Shown here one piece after another: positions 17,832 through 29,800 of a stretch of DNA of 64,000 bases. Under the pieces are notes generated by a model, which saw nothing but the letters and a program-made list of their open reading frames with translations, made no database searches and was not told the origin of the DNA. Origin of the DNA: a virus (Duplodnaviria > Caudoviricetes). The position numbers and the translations under genes were made by a program. Within the stretch, counting starts at the first letter, position 1. The number at the start of each line of letters is the position of its first letter. The stretch is from positions 2,218 to 66,217 of the IMG/VR virus record IMGVR_UViG_3300032223_000402, one strand, 5' to 3'.

Positions 17832-20800
17832 ATGGCAAAGTCAATTTACCCACAAAGTCAATTACCAATTAGAAGATCAGTAGAGTTATTGCCAACAGTA
17901 TTCCAAACTGGTGCTAATTCTAAATTTACATCTGCGGTCATTGATCCTTTGATACAACCTGGTGTCTTACAGAAAACTGTAGGATATATTGGTCGTAGAT
18001 ATGGAAAAACTTATAGGGGTAGTGATATCTATCTCGATACTGATAATACTCTGCGTAGCAGGTATCAGTTAGAGCCTGGCGTTACATTTAAAGAAAATCA
18101 AAAGATATTAGATTTTTATGACTATCTTGATTTTAAAAATCAAATAAAGTTTTTTGGCAATGATATTGACAGAGATGATTTTGTAACAAGCCAACAACAT
18201 TATTCTTGGAACCCGCCGATTGATTGGGACAAGTTTATTAATTTCCGTGAATATTACTGGGAACCAAACGGTCCACCACCTGTGCCTGTTTACGGGCAAT
18301 CGGGAAAAATTACCAGCAGCTATAAAGTTATGCTGGGAACACAATCGTCTTTTGTGATTACTCCAGACGGTGCTACTAATAATCCTACACTAACATTTTA
18401 TAGAGGCCAAACCTACAAATTTAAAATTAATGCCCCTGGACAAGGATTTGTAATTAGAACAAATTATGACACAGGATCATTACGCTATCTCCCAGCCCAA
18501 GGATACGCCGCCGGATCGGTGGTGTATTTTGATAATAAACTTTGGAGAGCCAAAGTAACCATCTCCCCAGGCGATGGTAGCACTATTGATATTAACACAC
18601 AAGACTGGGAACCGTTGGGCCTAGCTGACCATACAACAGTATTAGATTACAACCAAGGTGTAACCAACAACGGGATTGAAAACGGAACATTGACATTTAA
18701 AGTTCCTTTTGATGCTCCAGATGTTTTATTTTATCAAAGCAAAGTTGATCCAGATAGATTTGGTCAAATTGTTATTACCAATGTTATTGAGAACTCAAAA
18801 ATAGATATCAATAAAGAAGTTATTGGAAAATTAGAGTTTACCAGCAGCAACGGTATAGTCTTCACTAACGGATTAATTATAGAATTTAAAGGGCAGGTGA
18901 CTCCGTCGATGTACGCCAACGACAGTTGGTTGATAGAAGGTGTTGGCAGCGGAATTACATTGACACGCTATCTTGATTTAATTGTTCCTGTATTGACTAA
19001 AGATACTCCGGAAGTATTATTCGACAATGAAGGATTTGACACACAGCCTTTTGATGATGCAACAGCATATCCTTCGCAGTTAGACTATATTACTATTGCA
19101 AGAAACAGCAAGGACTCTAATCCTTGGTCTAGATATAATCGTTGGTTTCATAGAAGTGTTTTAGATTATGCACACGGGATTCGTGGGACTGATTATGAAG
19201 CTCCAGAAAGTGCAAGAGCAAAGCGACCAATTATTGAATTTCAACCAAACATTCAATTGTTTAATCACGGCGCTGAATCAAAGATAACAGTTGATTACAT
19301 CGATACCTATACCTCTGATGTGTTTTCAAATATTGAAGGCAGTACTGGATATAACGTAGACGGTGAATTCTTATTCGAAGGAGCGAGATTATTAGTTATA
19401 GCAGACACCGATAGCCTAGCTAACAATAAAATTTACACTGTTCATTTTGTTACATTTAACGGCAATACGCAAATTAATCTTAAAGAAGCAAGCGACGGAG
19501 AATCTTTAGCAGGGCAGGGTGTTCTTGTTAGACGAGGAATAGCGAATGCAGGGCTGATGTACCACTTCACAGGATCAGAATGGGTAGTTAGCCAAAAGAA
19601 ATCAACAGTTAACCAGCCTCCGTTATTTGATGCTTTTGATGATTCAGAAGTTAGTTTTTCTGATTCTACAACGTATCCAATTTCTACATTCGCTGGAAGC
19701 ACATTGTTAGAATATAAAGTAGGAACCAGTATTGTTGATCAGCAGCTAGGATTTAGTTTAAGCTATCTTAACATCGACAATATTGGTGATATACAGTTTA
19801 ATTGGACTTGGGATACAGATTCTTTCTATTATACAGAATCACAAAAAGTTAACACTAAAAAAATATCAACTGGTTATTACAAACAAAACGGATCGCTAGC
19901 TAATGGATGGATTGCAACAGATTTAACATACATTCAACCGCTGATTGACAGCGTTGTTACTCCGTCAGCTACTAATGTTGTAACATTAACAACTTTAGAT
20001 TGGGAATCTGTAACCGACAACAGTAAATTAATCATTAATTTTTATCTTAACGGTGAAAAATTAATCAACAATCCTTATACACGTGATCGAGGAACATTTA
20101 CATTCCAGAATAGTTTTGCAGTTAATGATGTTGTTTCTGTAAAAATTATCACCGACGTTGAACACGTCACAGGTTATTTTGAAATTCCTTCCGGATTAGA
20201 AAAGAATCCGATGAATGATTCGCTGGCAACCTTTACATTTGGCCAAGCAGCGGATCACGTTATTTCTGCATTAGAATTTAATGATAACTTTACTGGATCT
20301 TTGCCGGGCAGTTCTAATCTTCGAGACATTGTCGACTATCAACAACACGCCAAGCGATTTTTAAAACACGCTGGACTTAATCCTGTGTCTATTGCATTAT
20401 TGTGCGACAAGACAAACAACATAATTAAATCTTTACAATATGCAAAATCTCAATATACAGAATTTAAAAATAATTTCTTGGCTAGATCAACTGAAATAGA
20501 TTTTGTAAAATCTATTCCTGATTTTGTTGATAACATCCTTGAAGAACTTACAAGAATAAAAACAGTCGACACCCCATTCTCTGATTCAGATATGATCGGG
20601 TCAGGAGCCTTTAACACTATCAGTTACACTGTTGAAGATACCGGTATCAAGACATTTGCTTTATCTCAAGCATTTAGTCTCAATGAATTAAGCAGAAGAG
20701 CAGTTTATGTTTACATTAACAGTCGTCAGCTGTTGAATACTTTAGAGTATGAATTTAATCCGACATTTGGTTTTGTTATTATTAAAAATGATTTGTTGGA

Positions 20801-23800
20801 AGGTGATAAAATTGAAATAAGAGAATACATTTCCACGGCTCATTGTTTTGTTCCACCAACACCAACATCTCTCGGGCTATACAAAAAATATACTCCGATG
20901 ATATTTGTAGATGATACTTATCGCGAACCTAAAACAGTTATTCAAGGACACGACGGTAGCCTTACTGTTACCTACGGTGATTACAGAGATGATTTATTAT
21001 TAGAATTAGAATATCGTATCTATAACAACATTAAACAACAATATGATCCGGCAATTTTTGATAACGATGCGATTCTTGGCGGTTACTACGGTAATGCGTT
21101 ATACACCAAATCACAACTTGATCAAATTGTTGAGCAAGAATTTTTAAGATGGGTTAAGAATACAAATATTGATTATACTAATAACAATTATTTTATTGAC
21201 ACCGAACCATTTACCTACACCTATAGCAATATGTCTGATCCATCAGGTACACAGAATCTACCAGGCTATTGGAGAGGTGTGTATCAGTGGGCATTTGATA
21301 CCGACAGACCGCATCGTTGTCCTTGGGAAATGTTAGGATTCAGCGAAAAACCAGACTGGTGGGATATACAATATGGATCAGCACCGTACACCAGTGGAAA
21401 CTTGTTGCTATGGGAAGATTTAGAAGCAGGTATAATTCGCCAAGGTCCCCGAGCAGGTACCTATGACAGATACAAACGACCAGGATTAGTAAATTATATT
21501 CCGGTAGACATCGAAGGTAACATAGTCAATCCATTAGATTCTGGGTTTGCAGGAAACTTTGTTTTAATCAATAACAGAGGTCCGTTTAAGTTAGGAGACA
21601 TCGGACCAGTTGAATATGCTTGGAGATCAAGTTCTGAATGGCCATTTGCTGTGGCTATTGCATTATGTTTAATGAAACCTTTTGAATTTATCACAGACAG
21701 CTTTGATAGATCTAGAATTAAATTAAACAACCTAGGACAAACAGTTAATGTTGACACAGGACTGTTTATAACGTTAGAAGATTTAGTAATTCCACGCCCC
21801 GGCGTTGATCTAGCATCAGGGTTGGTACAATATCTAGTAAGCTATGCACAATCTAAAGGATTATCTCTTGATGTTATTGAAAGCAAAATCAAAGGACTAG
21901 ATGTTAACTTGTCAACAAGACTAAGCGGCTTTGTTGACAAAGCACAACAGAAATATCTATTAGATAGCAAAAATCCAAAATCGACCAGTGGTAGCATTTA
22001 TATCCCTGCTGAAAACTACGATATTATTTTTAATACCAGCGCACCGATCGCAACAGTTTCATACAGTGGAGTTATTGTAGAAAAGAGTGAAACTGGGTGG
22101 GTAATAACAGGCTATGACGATATACATCCCTACTTCAATACATTTGAAGCACAAGAAAGCCAGGCCGATCCGCTGTTGTCGATAGGCGGAATAAGTGAAA
22201 ACTTTGTTGAATGGGCCGCCGGTACAGATTTTGCCAACGGCATCATTGCAAGATATAACAATACATATTACCGTTCTTTAAGTACGCATCAAGATCTAGA
22301 CGCCAACGGGCTGAGCAATGCAACTCTATGGAAGAAGCTACCAAAACTTCCATTAGTGGGAGCGGTAGAAGCATATAAGAGAAGAGCATTTAATACTTTT
22401 GAAATTACAAAAGTTGGCTACGGAACAAACTTTACAACAATTCAAGGAGTTGTAGATTTCTTGTTAGGATATGAAGCCTATCTAAAATCTCAAGGATTCT
22501 TGTTTGAAAATTATGATCCAGATAATCAGGTAAGTCAAGACTGGACTACTAGTTGTAAAGAATTTATGTTCTGGACAAAACATAATTGGGCGGTAGGCTC
22601 TATTATTTCGTTGAGCCCTTCATCATTAAAAATCGACATTCAAACTCCTGTTGGGGTTGCTGACAACCTATTAGATGGATTCTACGATTATCAGGTATTG
22701 AAGAGTGACGGAAAACCTTTACAACCTCAGTATATAAATGTTAATCGTGAATTCCAAGAAATCACTGTTGAAACAACAAATACCACTGACGGGATTTATT
22801 TCCTTAGATTGTATTATGTTCTAAAAGAACACGTTGCTGTGTTTGATGATAGAACAGTCTTCAACGATGTAATCTACGATAAAGCAACAGGATATCGCCA
22901 ACAGAGGATTAAATCTCAAGGTTTTAGAACTACCGATTGGTACGGTGACTATACAAGTCCTGGTTTCTTATTTGACAACGTTGATATAGCTGTCTGGGAG
23001 CCATTTACAGATTACAAGTTGGGAGACATTGTTGCTTATAAATCTTACTACTGGACCAGTATGCAGAACCAGATGGGCCAAGAAGTCTTTGATTATACAA
23101 TGTGGACCAAGTTAGACAGTGTTCCTGAAAAACAGTTGGTGTCAAATTTTGATTATAAGATCAATCAATTTGACGACTACTTTAACGTTGCCTCTGAGGG
23201 CATCGGTAACACACAGCGCGATCTTGCAAGACATACAGTGGGATATCAAACACGAGATTATCTACAAAACCTTGCACAAGATCCTATAACACAATTTCAG
23301 CTATATCAAGGATTTATTAGAGAAAAAGGCACAGCAAACGCCATACATAAGGTCTTTGATAAACTAAGTCGATATGATGGAGACAGTGTCGTATTAGATG
23401 AAGAATGGGCATTTAGAGTTGGTCGAGTTGGTGGATATGACCAACTAAGTCAAATTGAAATTCAGTTGTCTAAATCCAATTTCTTAATTAATCCGCAGCC
23501 AATAGTAGCAGTTAACTCTGTTCCTAGTTACAGCAGCGACAAATATTATAGGGTTCCAGAATCGGCATTTACCTTTGCACCGATACCGTATACAACAGAT
23601 ATACATCCGCTGTCGTTAGAAGCTGAACCAACTCAGGTTGCAGGTTATGTAAAATTAGATCAGACAGATTATGCTGTAGGAACAGCAGATGACATCTTGA
23701 ATTTAGATATTTCTACAGTTTTAGAAAATGCAAACATTTGGTTAACTTTTAATGTCCCATCTTGGACTGTGTGGAGATTAAATGCTTCTACAGTATTCAC

Positions 23801-26800
23801 AGTAACCGGAGTATCTAAATCAGGGACTAGTGTAACAGTTACTTTAACAAGACCGCATAGTATTAATATCGGTGATGTTGTTGGATTTAGAAATATTACA
23901 AACTTAACAGGATTCTTTAAAGTTTCAGCTGTTGATACGTTAACAATTACCGTAACTGTTTCAGCGTCCGCCGAGACTCCTGTTCTAGGAACCGATGTTT
24001 ATCAAATCAATTTGTTTACTCCTGTACGTTTTTCAAATTATGGAACAGTTGATCAAGAAGCTGCTGCACTATTAGCAGAAGGATCAAAACTTTGGCTAGA
24101 CGACAACGGTAACGGTCTATGGGAAGTTATTGAAAAATACAAGCAATACACCTCAACAAAGATTGTTGAGTTTGGAACAACTACACCGCTACGTGCTGGT
24201 TCTAAAGTAATCTATAACGATTCCACAAAAGAAATTATTGTAGGTATCCCAGAATCTGGAATCGTTGTAGCATATATTGAATCAACTGCAGGCCTGATTC
24301 CAAAACAAATTATTCTTCCGCCTGATGCATTTAAGACACAGGCAAATGGTTCCTTTGGGTCGTCGATTGCAATTAGCCCAGATAACAAATGGATGGCGAT
24401 TGGCTCTCCCCTAGCAAGCGGAATACACAGCAACTTTAGAGGATTGTTTGTGCCTACAAACAATTATTTCATCGACGATATCGTATTGTATGATGGTGAT
24501 CTATGGCAGGCTGTTAGTGACACACGCGGTGACGGCAGCACAATTAATATCTATACTCAAGATTGGGTACCAGCAACAGTAAACCTTGCAGCAGGATCTG
24601 CGTTAGGTGATGGTTTCTATCATCAAGGTATGGTTACATTGTACGAGTGGTCAAACCAACAATGGGAAATTAGAGAAACGTATGCCAGCCCACGTCCCGC
24701 AGCTAACGAAATGTTTGGCTCAAACATTTCTCTGTCTAGCGATGGTTTAAATTATAAAATGGCAGTTTCTGCGCTCGGAGCAGTTGATAACACTGGTAGG
24801 GTTTATATCTATTCAGGTACCCCTACAACTACTATTGATCTAACAGGAGCAACAGTTACAGTTACTGAATGGACACACCAATCAGGACAATATATGTTGC
24901 CTCAACAGGCAGCATTAATCGACGACGGTTCAACAAAAGTTCCAACTATTGCCAATAATCAATTGGTTGAAATTTTAAAAATCAACGATCAATATGGTTA
25001 CAGTGTTGCATTGAATATGTCTGGCACTGTGTTAGCAGTTGGTGCACCTAACAGTGATGGACAATATTTTGCAAACTATAGAGGAATATGGAGACCGGAT
25101 CACAACTACTCAGGCGGTGATGTTGTACAATACGGGCCATTATACTATACATTAGATATTAACTCTGCTGGTAGCACCGGCGACGTGCCAGACGTTGGAA
25201 GCCCTTGGGTGTCAATGGGAGACAGTACACAGCAACATTCTGGTAAGGTATTTTTATATCAATTAGTTAATGGTGCTTATGTCCTAAAACAAACAATTGA
25301 CAATGCTACATTGAATAGTATTAGTGACATATCCGACTCGACAGAAACGATCGGTTCTGGTGATAAGTTTGGTTTTGCAGTTGCGTTGGATTATTCAGGA
25401 ACATCATTAGTTGTAACCAGTCCAATGGCAAATTTAAATCTTGAATATAAAGGCGCTGCCTATGTATTCAGAACAGATGATCTAACAACATTTAAATTTA
25501 GATTAAAACAAAAACTTAGAAACTTTGAAAGTTATGCCGACGAATATTTTGGTCAAAGCGTAGATATTACAAGCAACACTGAAAAAATTATTGTTAGCTC
25601 AAAAAATACTCCTGCGAACGGTTCAGGCGATGCCGGAGCGGTTTATGTATTTGAAAGAAAATCTGATTATTATTTCTTGACAGAAAAGTTAATCGATACT
25701 CTATCACCTTTTGAATCTTTTGGTTACAGCGTTAGCTGTCAAGGTTCTGCGATAGCCGTTGGTTCTCCAGATTACTCTACCACAGGTATGGTAAGACTGT
25801 TTAGAAAAGATCCAACTACAAATTCTTGGAATACACTTGCTTCTCAAAGTCCTGTGGTAGACTACACAAAATTAAGAAGTATTGCATTATATGATGCTGT
25901 TAAAGATATTAAATTAGAAGACCTTGATATCATTGATCCAGCTAAACTTAAAATCTTAGATGATGCAGAACAAGAGATATCTTTTAAGACGCCGTTTGAC
26001 CCTGCAATATACTCAGTAGGCACTGATAATCAAATAGTGATTCCGGAGCAAGAGTGGACCAAAGAAAATGTTGGAAAACTATGGTGGAATATTTCTACAG
26101 TTAAGTGGAATTACTACGAGCAAGGTGATGCTCCTTATAGAATAGCAAACTGGAGTTCGTTGGCAGCAGGCTCAAGCGTAGATGTATACGAATGGGTTGA
26201 AACTGTGTTGCTTCCAAGCGAGTGGGCTGCATTGGCAGATACCAACGATGGCATTGCTAACGGTATTTCTGGTCAACCATTGTATCCCAATGACAATGTT
26301 TATGCTGTAAAAGTTTTATACAATTCATCGACAGGGTTGCCAACTAATACATTATATTATTACTGGGTAAAGAGCAGCGTGTTAGTTCCTGCAAATACTC
26401 CAGGTAGAAGAATTCCAGCATCAACAGTTGCATCTTATATTAAAAATCCAGCAGGTTCTGGAAAACCGTTTGCGGCAATAATTTCTTCTGATACAGTATT
26501 ACTGTACAATATCTTGTCAATTTTAAAATCTGATACCGCATTATTAAACATTGAATATCGCAAAGACGACAGCAATCTTAATGCTATCCATAATGAGTAT
26601 CAGTTAATTGTAGAAGGCGATGCAAGAGGTCTTATTGCTAAATCCTTAGAAACTAAATGGATTGATAGTCTTGTTGGTTATGATAGTGTTGGTAACCGCG
26701 TTCCTGATCCTTCATTGCCTGCAAGACAACGCCACGGTATTTCTTTTAGACCAAGACAAAGTATGTTTATTGATCGAGTAGCAGCTCTTAAGATAACCAT

Positions 26801-29800
26801 ATTCAACATCAACAACTATTTGTTGTTGGTCCCTTACACTGATGTTGCAGATTTTACGTATCTATACGCAGTTGATCCAGTACCAAACGCTTTGCTATCT
26901 CTATATGATGTGTCAATTGATACCTACGAAGAATTAACAACAGTTGGTACTATTCGTGTTAAACCGGCAGTGTTAAGCGTTAACATTGTTAACAGTGAAG
27001 TTGATACGATTGATATTGTATCGGCAGGGTTTGGATATAAAGTTGCGCCTCCGATCGTAATCGACGGCGACGGCTCGGGTGCGACAGCTACATTGACTAT
27101 TGACAATCAAGGCAGAGTAACCTCTGTAACGGTTGTTACTAGAGGTAAAAAATACACAGTGGCTAATGCTATTGTTCGTCCTTTCTCTGTATTGGTAAAT
27201 CAAGATGGTACAGCAAACGGCATCTGGAGCATCTATGCCTGGGATTCAGTTAAACAGACATTCTACAGAAGTCGTTCTCAAGACTACGACACTACTCGTT
27301 ATTGGTCGTACATCGATTGGTGGGCAGTAGATTCAAAACCAGTAGTGCCAGTAAGGCTCTATGACGAAACATCAAGAATCGTTAAAGAAATTCAAAATAT
27401 CTCAGATGAACCAAGCATCTCTGTAAAGATAGGTGATTTAATTCGAGTTAAAGAATACGCCAACGGCGGTTGGGCTGTGTTCTTAAAAGTAGCCGACGGC
27501 GGAACATTTGCAGACAATTATCAACAAGTCGGCCGAGAAAAAGGTACGATTCAGATCAGCGATGCGTTCTATAATACTTCTACTTCAGGAATTGGATATG
27601 ACAATACACGTTCATATGACACTGGGTCATATGACGTTGAAAATGCCAAAGAATTAAGAAATATTCTGCAGGCAACTAAAGAAAATGCCTATAATCTAGG
27701 TCTAGGAAACATCTGGAACAACTTGTTCTTTATATCCATACGATCAGTTTTAACAGAACAAAAATATGTTGATTGGTTGTTTAAAACAAGTTTATTAAAA
27801 GCAACACACAATGTTGGTGCTTTTGAACAAAAACTAAACTATAAGAACGACAATCTCGAAAGTTTCCAAGATTATATCAACGAAGTTAAACCATACAGAA
27901 CAACTGTAAGAGAATACATCAGTCGATACGATACTGTCGAGCAGTACGGTTCTGCGGTAGCTGATTTTGATATTCCGCCTGCATTCTCAACAGTGGAAGG
28001 TAAGGTAGCAGCCATTACCTCTACAGACGAGCGTCTTGGATCTTATCCTTGGAAATACTGGACTGATAATCATACATATTCTCTAACAGATATCCAAATT
28101 TCTTATGCTGGTACAGACTACACATCGCCACCGACTGTGGTAATTGATGGTGACGGTACTGGAGCAACAGCACAAGCCTACATATCCAATGGGGCGGTTT
28201 CTGGAATAGTAGTTCTTAATGTGGGTTCGGGTTATACCAAGGCTACAGTTACACTGGTCGGAGGTAACGGAAATAGTGCAAATATTGCCAAAGCTGTTGC
28301 TATCTTAGGCGATACAAAAGCCAGAACATTTAATATGACAATGAAGTTTGATAGGGTGTCAAAAGAAGGGTTGTTTAAATCGTTCTCACACAGTCAAACA
28401 TTCACAGCCTCGGGTAATTCTGCAGTATTTAATTTAGAATATGCCCCGACAAGAGATAAATCTAAAATTAAAATTTTAAAAAATAGTCAGGTTGTCTATA
28501 AAGACGAATACTCTATTAGTTTGTTTAAGACCAACGAAGACGGATATAATATTTTAAAAGGTAAAATTATATTTGCTACAGCACCGGCTAAAGGCGATGC
28601 AATTACAGTATCCTATGAAAAGAATGACGAATTATTAGATGCTGTTAATAGAATAACAAAATATTACCTAACAGATCCAACATCAGATAATGCAGTAGGT
28701 ATGGCAGGTAACGAACTCAATCAGCTAATGACCGGTTTTGATTTTGGTGGAGTACAAGTACAAGGCACAACGTTTGAAGTCACTGGCGGATGGGATGCGC
28801 TTCCTTGGTTTACAGACAGCTGGGATAGCGTTCAATCAGCAGCCGATATTTATTATGTTTCAGATGGCAGCACCACTGAATATATCTTTGACAAAGCTCC
28901 GGCAAGCGGACAGGTTATAACGATCTACATAAAACGTGTAGGGCAAGCAAATGCTATTAGGATTGATGATCCGTTATACAACATTGCCGGAGATTCAGCA
29001 ATGGTTACAAATCCTAATGCTGTGATTCCAACGTTTGTTGGTGACGGTTCTACAAGAGTTATTCCTATTGGAATTTATGTCCACACAGATGCTGGAGACA
29101 TATTGATCTTTAGACCAGAAGACAGTGACGGTTCTGTAACAATTAATGATCCTAATATTGTCGATACTAATCTCAGCGGAGGCACATTGGCAGCAATGGC
29201 AGGTGCATATACTACGGCTAACGGTGTTGCCGCTGAAGAAATTGTTATTGAAGGCGGCGAGTTTATCAGCCCAGAACAAGTTTCTGCAACTGAAGAAAAT
29301 GTTCCAGGCCAAGTACTTGATAGTGTTTCGATCAAAGTATTCCAGAGTTCATTGAGCGGGCCGAGTCCGATCCAAGCGAGAACTATTGTAAGCGATGGAG
29401 TAACTAGAACCTATGATATTGGAATTCAGGTTTTAGAATATTCATCGGTTCTTGCTTATGTTAATAAGTCTCTCAAAATATTAGGTACAGATTACAACAT
29501 TCAATTAGCTAGCCATCAGATAACATTTAATACTGCACCAACAGCAGGTAACGTAATTGAGATTGTTGCTGTTGGAATCGGCGGCCACGCTCTGTTAGAT
29601 TATCAACAGTTTATCGCCGACGGTGAAACTAATTTATTCTTAACCAATGCTGTTTATATAGATACAAAATCAGTGTTTGTTAGTGTTAACGGTGTTTATC
29701 AAGATACTGGGTTTATCAATAGCACCGGAGTTGTTGATTCGACTAACAGAACATTGATTCAATTTGGTACTACTCCTAATGTCAACGATATTATTGAGAT